A stretch of 64,000 nucleotides of DNA, from contig NC_083223.1 of the NCBI RefSeq assembly GCF_032191835.1, forward strand, positions 76,260,001 to 76,324,000, written 5' to 3'. Below the pieces are notes generated by a model. The model did no database searches. It was not told the origin of the DNA and was given only the letters and a program-made list of their open reading frames with translations. This document shows, in pieces, positions 36,775-46,292 of this stretch. The DNA comes from Heteronotia binoei (lineage: Eukaryota). Within the stretch, counting starts at the first letter, position 1, and every line of letters starts with the position of its first letter. The position numbers and the translations under genes were made by a program.

Positions 36775-37817
36775 GTTACTCTCCGGAGGTGACGGACACT
36801 ATGCTAGCATCAAGAAGGCCCTCCACAGTTCGCATATACAACACCACCTGGAAGGCCTTTGTCCGATGGTGTCGTAGGAAAAAGGTTCCTTCGCTTTCCC
36901 CTTCCATTGCGGAGATACTAGCGTTTTTACAGGAGGGCCTGGAGTCCAGGTTAAAACCAGCTACGCTGAGAAGGCAGATAGCTGCCCTGTCCACTGTCTT
37001 ACCGGTCGTTGGAGGGTATAGGCTATCTCAACATCCACACATCCAGTTATTTTTGCAGGGGGCAAAATCGAAATCTCCTCCGACAGTCCATCGCTTTCCG
37101 TCTTGGCGGCTCCATACCGTTTTATCAGCGCTTACCAAGAAGCCATTTGAGCCCCTTCGAGAGGTGGACTTAAAATGGGTGCGAATGAAAACTCTCTTCT
37201 TAGTAGCCATCACGTCTGCACGTCGAGTCTCGGAACTGGGGGCCTTATCAGTGAAGGCGGGTCTTTGCGTGTTCCACAAAGAAAAGGTGGTTCTGCGCAC
37301 GGATCCCTCCTTCATTCCTAAGGCTGCTTCTAGGTTCCACCGCTCACAAGAAATCTACTTACCCACCTTTTGTCCAGAACCCAAACACCCAAAGGAGGTA
37401 GTCTGGCATACGTTAGATGTGCGCAGGGCCTTGAAGATTTTCATTCTAAGATCTGAGTCAATTAGAAAAACTGAATCCATGTTCATCAACATCTCTCCTC
37501 CAAGAGTGGGAGACAAGATGTCTAATTCATCCATCAGTGCAGTGCTGAAGGCCTGTATCAGCGAAGCATATAGGGCATCAGGGTTACAGGTACCTGGAGG
37601 AATCACTGCACATTCTCTTAGGAGTGCCTCCACAAACGCGGCACTGCTGAACAGGGCTTCAGTCGAAGAGGTGTGTAGAGCTGCTACTTGGTCCTCTCCG
37701 TCTACGTTCATAAGACATTATAAGATCCATTCCATGGCATCAGCAGATGCAGCATTTGGGAGAAAGGTATTACTGCATGTTCTGGGGGAGGTCAGCGATG
37801 AAGACCCACCCGATTAA
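34950..37817 (+). CDS. DIRS ORF3: tyrosine recombinase with a long N-terminal segment overlapping ORF2
   Basis: Catalytic motifs ARRVSEL (37221), AHSLRS (His 37611, Arg 37620), ATW and RHY (Tyr 37719). The frame is open back to 34878. Confidence 0.93.
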   Translation: MVFRNCKRGVFNRVSPHSTRQICQITFPQAEAQTSHHLKSNSASYRHSSSRTSPRVGEGERRILHPFHHTQEEWRLEGHLGSQVSKSLCQSTSLQNGNLEIHYGLSIVRGVPHFHRPDRSLSPHPYPPFSSSFSKVRGTESALPIQGLTLWPVNSAQSFFQNVNSPNSPAEEAGYSHSPLSGRPLGQIQQQREIPSGDNSGHSVSSVSRIPGEQRKEFTSAESEVGTPRRNDRLHLQFAISTSVQGQGHQGFGFQGHPEQIITSDVACQTNGTFDIDHRHDSMGQIPFQASSTVPTTISTSDNGEKGHKSDNSVVSQEEFAMVDGLVSSSPGQVVPSSLIPGGIHRCQPGGLGSFSSGQASPRQVVSVRESASHQSAGNQSHTSSPGCIQDPIVPEACACQNGQYRSQGVSEQPGGLQVFTVAPGSIKNSDMGRKTSGLSKGGTHQRPGQHTGRLVEQTGNLRGRVGPQLRHIRPHMPALGSTRGGSFRFKHKLATTKVLHKVLPSRSRTDRCLDSHMASRSLVCVSSGPSGFSSTAEGESSTGGNHHGSSLLATASVVLNVDRAINRPSNVTSSSSRHASSGSGVAPRPGVVSSDRVEIERETFRNLGYSPEVTDTMLASRRPSTVRIYNTTWKAFVRWCRRKKVPSLSPSIAEILAFLQEGLESRLKPATLRRQIAALSTVLPVVGGYRLSQHPHIQLFLQGAKSKSPPTVHRFPSWRLHTVLSALTKKPFEPLREVDLKWVRMKTLFLVAITSARRVSELGALSVKAGLCVFHKEKVVLRTDPSFIPKAASRFHRSQEIYLPTFCPEPKHPKEVVWHTLDVRRALKIFILRSESIRKTESMFINISPPRVGDKMSNSSISAVLKACISEAYRASGLQVPGGITAHSLRSASTNAALLNRASVEEVCRAATWSSPSTFIRHYKIHSMASADAAFGRKVLLHVLGEVSDEDPPD

Positions 37818-37837
37818 AGGGGACTGCTCTGGTAGGT

Positions 37838-37928
37838 CCCACAGAGATGTCCGACAACCTCTGAGGGAGAACGGCCCATTGGACTTACCGTGAGGGGTCC
37901 TTCTCCTCAGAGGTTCGGAGGACATCTC
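37838..37928 (+). repeat. DIRS internal complementary region (ICR)
   Basis: 37838-37871 is the exact reverse complement of the left end (32952-32985). 37872-37928 is the exact reverse complement of the right end (38197-38253). Confidence 0.95.
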
Positions 37929-38107
37929 GCCACTCCCAGATTCATTTTCATCGCTTAGGTTTCTTTCTATAGCCTATCTCCCTTGTACTGTGTTACTTTC
38001 AGTATTATCGGAGTTCAAGTTTACAGTTTACATGTTAAAACGAGTTGTTAGTTGTGTTTATAGTCCTTCTAGTTAGAGGGAAGACGACACTGCTTTCGGA
38101 GTCCCAC

Positions 38108-38205
38108 AACTGAGGGCGGGGTTATTCCGAAGGCGCCAACAGGAAGTTGAAAAAAGTGTTCCTGCCTCCCTGAAGGAATAGTAGGAATAACCCACAGAGA
38201 TGTCC
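38108..38205 (-). repeat. DIRS right inverted terminal repeat, followed by a right extension to 38256
   Basis: Reverse complement of 32971-33068. Confidence 0.95.
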
Positions 38206-40424
38206 TCCGAACCTCTGAGGAGAAGGACCCCTCACGGTAAGTCCAATGGGCCGTTCAAAATAAGTCATCTGTGACTTGACAGAAATAAATAAATCCTCTG
38301 TTTGCTGTTCAGGGTTCTGTTTAGGAAGTGTTTGAATTGATGAGGGTATATACTTCACCAGCACTGAAGGGTGTGGAATGAACTTTTTGAATCTTTCTGC
38401 CTCCTTTCTGGACTGTGACAGCTAGCTCTGTGTCTTTTCCTCAGAATTTCACACTTTTCATGTGGTTGAGGTAGTCCAAATGTTTCTTTTTTTTAGGCAC
38501 CAAACTTGTACCATTACCCAATGCATCATAGTGAAGAAAACATGAATATAAAGATCATGTTCTAACATAATGCATTGTTAAAAATCTTTGTTTATAAACA
38601 GCATCATTTACTGAGATGATTCCGAAACAGCCAAGTAACTGAAGCAGAAAGCAAGTGAAATCAATAACATCTCCTGTGAAGTGCAATCTGGTGTTCAGTA
38701 AATACTGTCACCTTCCTTTTTCTTTTCCATTGTATTCTATTGCTTGTGAATTCCTTTTTTCTTGAAATGGCTGTTCAGTTATTAGTTCAGTTGCATCAAA
38801 GTAGAGTCTTTTAAATATTGAGAGATTTTTCTAAATTTATGTGATGAGACACCTCCTCTCAAATTATGCAATCATAACACCTAGGTATTCTTTTTTCAGA
38901 TTTTATTGTTGTGCATTTATATAAACTGTTTTATGTAAGTATTTTTAACTGGCAACACTGTTATTTGACAAATCACATTGTAATAGCTCTACATAAGGAT
39001 TAGCATAACAAGATACCATCCAGAATAATGACTCTTGCAAGTTCCTGTCTGGAGCAATGTCTCATTTGTGGCTGCCACTTTTCCTGTTTCCATGGCAGCT
39101 CACAGAAAACAGATCTTCTGATGTGTTCATTCCTATACTGCCTGGTACAAGATCCTTCTCTAGGAAGGGTTCAGAGCTTACTTGCAAAGAGTTTAGAGTT
39201 CTTGAATCATGTCCCAAGCAATGTGTTTTTTCAATTTAGAGAAGCCATATTGGTTCTTTCCCTCAAACATCCCTAGCAGTTGGCTTACTTACAACTCAGC
39301 TTCTTCCTGTTTATTTTTTTTCCTAAGTAACTGAAGACTGATATGTAGATGGTTAAGGAAAATCTTCCATTTTGGTTGACTGGAAAGCATGTCTCATTTT
39401 TTTTAAACAAGTGGAAACTTATCTGATCAAAAGGAATAGGACTAAGTATAGTAGTTTGATAGACTGAGGTGATAGCCTATTCTCACCTAAACAGGAAAGA
39501 GAGGTTTCTTCTTGCACAACTAAACCCACTTATACAATGAACCACTAGGACTATGAAAAAATTCCTCAGGATATCAACAAAGATGCGATAACACAAAGGA
39601 ATTTGTTTATCATATGTCAGTGCAAATGTACCAGTAAATAGAGTTCTGACAGAGGAGAGAATTTTGAGCACTTAGCAGTACAATGAGGTATTTGATAAAA
39701 CTTGACCAAATTTATAACTGAAGCAATATAAAACAATGTTTTTGGCTAAAATTCACATTGTGACAATTTCCTAGTGAGCTTCATAGCTGAGTTCTGCCAG
39801 TCCTAGTGCAGCTGTCTAATCCAGGAAAGGGTACGCTTTCTGTTTATGGAAGCTGCTTAAATGTTTTCAAGACTTTTGGGAGATACAGGTTACAAAATGG
39901 CAGCTTGGAGGGTGGATTCACTCACAACATGGCAGCTTGTACAAAAATTACAGAAGGCCCATAGCAGGGAACAAAACCTGCTGTTTTCCCAAAGCAAACC
40001 ATCACTCTGCCCCCCCCCCCATTGTAATGTCGTGTAGTGGGGAAATACAGAATTATTTCTTTTCTTTTTTTTTACATGAATAAAGCAGATAGCAGTTTTG
40101 ATGCAAGTGGGAAGAGTCCAATAGTATGTTCCTTTCCCATCCAGAGGAAGGGTGTTTTCAAGCATGGAGGAAAAGGTGCTGGTGCTGTCAGTTTTCCCAT
40201 CCAGAGCAAAGGTTCATGCATGTACCACCTCCTCATTCATGCAAAAGAGATAGGAGAAAAGCTGCTGCAGTATCTTTAAAGAGAAGGATGAAAAAGTGAT
40301 TAGAATAGCATTGGACAAGAGAGCTACTTTTAATTACTTGGATAGTGACTTGTCACTCTTTAGTGACTTCCATCAACTCCTGCCCTAATCAGTATACCAG
40401 ACTGAATGTATTCTTGTGTTACAG

Positions 40425-40981
40425 GGAATTCAGCTGTCATAGGGGAGACTGTGTTATCTACCAATACAGAAGACTGTTCAGACCATTTTGAAGATTCTGG
40501 ATGTGATGTTTCAAGTAACTGTATTGCTGATCCTCTAGAGAATTTGTTTACGTCCACCTCAAGTGAATGTGGTAGCAACAGTTCTATATCTGTTATCCCA
40601 TCAAGTGTGCATCCAATATTGACTCCTTGCCATGCCTTCAAGACAGATTATTTGGTTGCTCACATGCAGTTCCTACAACGTATCCTTGAACTAAAAAAAC
40701 TGGCAGAATCTGGAGGCCTGAGAACAGATTTGAAAAAACTTGGAATTGATTCCTCCAGAGTATCAGATTCTCTCTCTCAATTAGTTGATGGCTTGGTTAC
40801 TTCATATAGCCTTCCCGAACTCCCTTTTTCAATTTTTCCGAAGCAGACAGTTCTTGTCATCACCAAGTTATTAAGTGATGCTGACTTATCTCAACAGATT
40901 GTGGGAAAGTGTTTCAGAAAGCTGGAAGAATCTGTAAAAAGACTTGTTGCCATTGTTTTGAATAACGGTGATCTCAATCGA
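40425..40981 (+). CDS. MEI4: MEI4 coding exon
   Basis: EDSGCDVS and HMQFLQRILELKKLAESGGL..DSSRVSDSLSQLVDGL..PELPFS match MEI4 as recalled. Acceptor ttcttgtgttacAG at 40423-40424 (phase 1, compatible with the previous exon), donor GTAAGT at 40982 (phase 0). Confidence 0.92.
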
Positions 40982-42192
40982 GTAAGTAAAATGCCATTTA
41001 CAAACTCAGTATGTGGAATTGCAGAATGAAGCTCAGATTGCACGAATGATGCTCATTTTGATTATATTTCAAAATGCTTTTGATTATGTAAGAGTGATTT
41101 TGAACATTATATATCACTGAAAGTAGTGAGCTATGTCTCTTAAGACCCTGCATGAAAGGTAAGTTAAGATGTGGAAGCTTCTGATTATGTAAGTGGGCTA
41201 CAAGGTGAAATCTTCTCTTTTGTTTTTGTTCTGGCTAAAAGGCCATGGTAGAAAAGTTAAATTGTTCCTGTTGTACTTGTCAGTCTTTGTTCCCCTATCC
41301 TCACCCCTCCTCCACCACCTTCCAGCTCTCAGCCAGGACAAATAACATTTTTTTTTTTTGCTGGGAGTTACCAATAGACACACAGTATGGATGGGTCTTG
41401 TTACTGGGTTGAAACAACCTAGGCAGCTTACGGTTCTTGATCTCATACAGTGTGTTGATAATAGAATGTTAATTTCGGGACACAGAGCTCCAGATTGCTT
41501 GAGGTTTCTTTTTTGCCCATGTGTGGAATTCCAAGAGTCTTTTATATTTGGGGATACTTTTCGCATTTTAAAGACTGTAGCAGAATGCAGTACTCTTGCA
41601 TGGCATCCACTGACTTAATAGGTTTTTCCATGCTTTCATTTCAGTGTAAGAAGAAAAAATATTTTAGAAGTGTTAGCTCCTCTTTTTGAATCTGCTTGTA
41701 TTGCATCCCAGCACCTGCGTGCTTGGCATTAACAGAATATTTAAACCATGATTTAGATAGTAGCTGTGTTTCTGTAAAAACAATTAAGTGGGTATTCTTA
41801 GGGGAATTTGAAAAACTTTGAAAGCAAAGTTCTGTAATGCAAAATTAGTTTAAAGTTTTGAAACTAAATTTGGTTTTGGAGGGCATAGTAGCTTTATAGT
41901 TTGATTTCTGGGGTTTTTTTCCCATTTACTGTGCAAAATAGTGACATATACCACCTCTTTCCATTGAGCAGACTTTGAAGTCTTACTCCAGCCTAAGGAG
42001 CCTTCCTGTAACTTGTACGGCTCTTCAGAGGCAAGGCAAGGTTGAATATAGGTTATCTTGAAATAATATTTTCACCATACTACAAACAGAGGTTTTGAGG
42101 ATGCAGAACTGAAGAGTTGAAGCCTTACCAATAGCTATTTCAGGATGTGTCCCCTCCCTTTGTCACAGCAAAAATTCCAAGAACAAGCATTA

Positions 42193-42457
42193 AAGAAGAA
42201 GACTGCAGATTTATACCCCACCCTTCTCTCTGAATCAGAGACTCAGAGCAGCTTACAATCCCTATATCTTCTCCCCCCACAACAGACCCTGTGGGGCTGT
42301 GAGGACTCTCACAGCAGCTGCCCTTTCAAGGACAACTCCTGCAATAGCTATGGCTAACCCAAGGCCATTCCAGCAGCTGTAAGTGAAGGAGTGGGGAATC
42401 AAACCCGGTTCTCCCAGATGAGTCTGCACACTTAACCACTACACCAAACTGGCTCTC
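42193..42457 (-). mobile_element. tRNA-derived SINE (Squam3-like)
   Basis: Reverse-complement homolog of 14045-14315. Confidence 0.85.
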
Positions 42458-43162
42458 AGGGTGATGTGTGTATGTTACTATGGCAGGCATCTCTCTGCAT
42501 TTTGCTTCTGTTTGGGCTGAATATCTTTTACAGTATATGTCTTCTATAGTACGTTGCGTCCTATTCAATGTACTATAGGCTTATAAAATGGCTTCATGTG
42601 ATTAAGGTCTATAAAGTGGCTTCATGTGATTAAGACAGTATTTGCAAGCTTACAGGTGTCAAGAATGTCTCTTGCCATAACTGCATCCATCTTGGTCCAG
42701 GCCTAAGTGATGCATTATGACTTGTTTTAGCTAGGTTTGCTCACTCACTAACCTATCCTGTTATGTCTGTAACAAACATAAGTAATTTGTTCTAACCTGG
42801 AAATATGGCACAGCCAGCATTTGAAGGTCAAGAGGCCTTATCTGCTACCCAGAGACTCCTACTTTCGCTTTTGAGAGAAACCTGCACCAGCTAGCTCAGA
42901 TGGAGGGGGAAGAGGGATGCTTCTTATTAGTAGAGAAAAGAGTGCTTTGAGTTTAAACTGGAACCCAAGGTTATATCTGTATGTACTGAGCCTAGGGCTC
43001 AGTTTCACCAAGACTTTGTCTTGGAACTGCAACAGCTTCTCATTAATGAATTAACCTTATTTGAGTACATCATAGAGATGATAATTGATGGGGATTGTGC
43101 AGTACTTGACTACAAGCAGCTATCTTAATGAATTTAATACAGACTTTCTAAGGTAAGGAAAT

Positions 43163-43704
43163 CATGGGTGTCAAACGCATTTGTAATGAGGGGCAGATCC
43201 GACATAAATGTGACCTTGTGGGACTGGGCCATGTGTGTCATAAAATGTAATGCCAGGTAGCGGAGATATAAACTTTATAAAGGCACAGACAAACACAATT
43301 AAAGATTTTTAAAAACTTAAAAACATGCTTAACACATTAGCACTCATTGGTCTTAAAGGTGCTTCCTTTGTATCTCTCCCATGGGATCTAGGGAACTGGG
43401 CAAAGAAAGCTCTGGCTCTTTCCTTCCTTCTCCAGAGGACCAGGATGGGGAGGGGCCTCAGCCAATAGAAGGAAGAGAGGCTTGGCTCAGTAGCTCTGCT
43501 GTGCAATTGAGAAAGCCAGGCAAAGCAAGCTATCCCTCCTCCTCCCTTCCCAAGGAAGGAGCCTCAGCCAATGGAAAAACCAGAGACTCTAGCTCCTGTG
43601 AAGTTGAGCAAGACTAGCAAAGCAAGCTGTGATGCAGAAAGAAGCAGACAGACAGTTACTCAGGGGCCTGATTCGTCCCCCACGCTGCATGTTTGACACC
43701 CCTA
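43163..43704. mobile_element. hAT MITE (caggggtgtcaaac family)
   Basis: Termini catgggtgtcaaac / gtttgacaccccta. Body homologous to 45708-46292. No clear TSD. Confidence 0.8.
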
Positions 43705-44058
43705 TATTAAAATAGTACATTGCAAAGAAGTAAATGCCTTTGCATTGGACTTTGATTATATATGCCTTTAAAGCAAGGTGGGCAGCCATGTTGGTTTGAA
43801 GCAATAGTCCAGTGAAATCTTTTAAGACGAACAAGGTTTTATTATATGTACCTTTGTAACTGAGAAGTCTTTTGAAAAAAGAAAAATGATTTATCTTCAT
43901 GTATATTTCACCTTTCTCATTGAGACTCAAGTTATGAAAAAAAACAAATTCAAACAGGACAGATCTTTAGTAAAACAATGCAGTGGAAAGGGACTGAAGA
44001 GATGAAAAACAATGGAAGTAAATACAGTACTATCTGAGGCAACAAAATTGGTTACAAC

Positions 44059-44269
44059 CAGTGTTCCCTCTAAGCTGAGTTAGTGTGAGCCAGCTCACAG
44101 TTTTTTAGCCTATGGCTCACACATTTTTGTCTTAGCTCAGGAAAAATAGCCGCAGAGCAAACTAATTTATGCAGTAGCTCACAACTTTAATTTATGCTAG
44201 TAATTTATGCTAGTAGCTCACAAAGTAGAATTTCTACTCACAAGACTCTGCAGCTTAGAGGGAACATTG
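44059..44269. mobile_element. hAT MITE (cagtgttccctctaa family)
   Basis: TIRs cagtgttccctctaag / cttagagggaacattg with TSD gttacaac. Confidence 0.88.
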
Positions 44270-45140
44270 GTTACAACAGGTGTAATAGCTATTGTGCAGT
44301 TACTAGACAATTATTGCTGGGAAACTGCTCTGCTAAGTTGTTCTGTTTTACTTATTTGCACTGTTAATAACCTCCAGCTGTGTGAATGTGGAATTGATTC
44401 AAACTAATGTAATATTGCCTTGTGTTGTGAATAGTCCTGGTGATATTAACTCCCCCTTTGGCTGCTGCAAAAAAACTTCCCTGCATAGGGACAGGTAACA
44501 TTTAAAATTAAATTAGTGTGTCTGCCTGGTGCCTTTCACGTTTGAAGCGGCTGAACTTCCATTGCATTAAATTAATTGAGTCCCAAGAGGATTTATGACT
44601 GAAATCCAGGCAATTTTGATCAGCTTCAAGAATATCATACAAGATGGCAGAAAAACAGTTGAATCTTTAAAACATTCAACATTTATTCATCCATTATCTA
44701 GAAATACACAGAGGAAGAGATTTCATTCAGACATTACAAACACAACTTGGTTCATTTGTTATTTGAATAAACAAGATGGTCTTTGGGTTTATGTGCTTCT
44801 GCCGTCCCCTGACACACAGTGTGGAGGTTGAAGACATCCTTATTTAGAACAAATTGGGCAAAAGAACAAATTTTGGGTTACTTTACTTTCTACAAACCAG
44901 AATTCTAAATCGCAGTTTTAAGCAAGAGGACAAACCATTGCCTGAGTCTGCCTTCATGGCAACCTTTAGTTTGTTCCAAACTGGGACATCTTCAGTCTGC
45001 ATGTTGCAAGTGATAGGAGAATGGAAGAAGCACGAGCTTCTTAGCTTATTCTTGTCATGAACTTATTGAGATTTGATGTTTGGTACTAAGATGCTGCTGT
45101 TGTGTATACCAGCAGTTCACTTAATTGCATTAGCACAAAG

Positions 45141-45629
45141 TAGGGTTGCCAAGTCAAATTCAAGAAATATCTGGGGACTTTGGGGGTGGAGCCAAGATCA
45201 AGGCTGTGACAAGCATAATTGAACTCCAAAGGGAGTTCTAGGCATCACATTTAAAGGGACGGCACACTTTTTTCAATTCCTTCCTTCCATAGGAAATAAT
45301 GAAGGATAGGGGCACCTTCTTTTGGGGCTCATAGAATTGGACCCCCTGGTCCAATCTTTTTGAAACTTGGGGGGTATTTTGGGGAGAGGCATTAGGTGCT
45401 ATGCTGAAAATATGGTGCCTCTACATCAAAAAACAGCCCCCCCCCGAAGCCCCAGATACCTGCGGATCAATTCTCCATGATTTTTTATGGGAATAAATCT
45501 CCATAGGGAATAATAGAGTTCCCAGCAGACATTTCCCTCCCCTTCCCCCGCTTTCTGACGACCCTGAAGTGGGGGGAGGGTCTCCAAACTGGGGGATCCC
45601 CTGCCCCCACCTGGGGATTGGCAACCCTA
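45141..45629. mobile_element. hAT MITE (tagggttgcc family)
   Basis: TIRs tagggttgcca / tggcaacccta with TSD gcacaaag. Confidence 0.9.
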
Positions 45630-45707
45630 GCACAAAGCCATAGCAAACCAATACAAACAAACAAGACAATCACAATAACAAGTAAAATCTATAAATATCC
45701 ATTAGAA

Positions 45708-46292
45708 CAGTGGTGTCAAACTCATTTGTTATGAGGGCTAGATCTGACATAAATGGGACCTTGTTGGGCCAGGCCATGTTGGGTTGGGCTCAGCCCGGCG
45801 TGTACCTATTTAAGATTTGGTAGCAGAGATACACATTTTACAAAGAACGCAGACAAACACAAATATTTTTAAAAAACATAAAACATGCTTCAAATGTTAA
45901 CACTCATTGGTTTTAAAGATACTTTCTTTGTATTTCTCCCATGGGATCCATGGAACTGGGCAAAGGAAGCACTGGTTCTTTCCTTCCTCCCACAGGGACC
46001 AGGAGGAGGAGTCTCAGCCAATAGAAGGAAGAGAGGCTTGGTTCAGTTGCTCTGCTGTGCAATTGAGAGAGCCTGGCAAAGAAGCTCTCCCTCCCTGCCT
46101 TCCTCCCCAAGGAGGAGCCTCAGCCAATGGAAAAAGTAGAGGTTTTGCTCTGTAGCTCCTGTGCAATTAAGCAAGCCTTGCAAAGCAAGCTGTGATGCAG
46201 AAGGAAGCAGATGACAGCTAGTTGCTTGGAGGCCTGATAGAAGCCCTCCGGGGGCCTGATTGGGCCCCCGAATGACATGTTTGACACACCTG
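45708..46292. mobile_element. hAT MITE (caggggtgtcaaac family)
   Basis: TIRs cagtggtgtcaaac / gtttgacacacctg with TSD cattagaa. Confidence 0.88.

Larger units (their letters stand above)
32952..38256 (+). mobile_element. DIRS1-type tyrosine-recombinase retrotransposon, apparently full-length and intact
   Basis: ITRs, internal complementary region, three long uninterrupted ORFs (gag, RT/RH/MT, YR), no TSD, shared TTC at both junctions. Confidence 0.97.
32792..38290 (+). mobile_element. 5S rRNA-derived SINE split by the DIRS insertion (32792-32951 and 38257-38290)
   Basis: agatcttagaagctaagcagggttggccatggttagtacttagatcggagacc is 5S-like. The tail ataagtcatctgtgacttgac resumes immediately after the DIRS right end. 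Confidence 0.7.

Noticed and set aside
34160-37711. Minus-strand ORFs within DIRS (34160-34576, 34595-35005, 36048-36593, 37355-37711)
   Set aside because: No recognizable motifs; expected antisense shadows of GC-balanced, doubly constrained coding sequence.
1624-42635. Short direct repeats (1624-1665, about 5712-5752, 15385-15432, 42580-42635)
   Set aside because: Two-copy local duplications of 20-28 bp with no spacer array or shared motif; not CRISPR-like and of no evident function.
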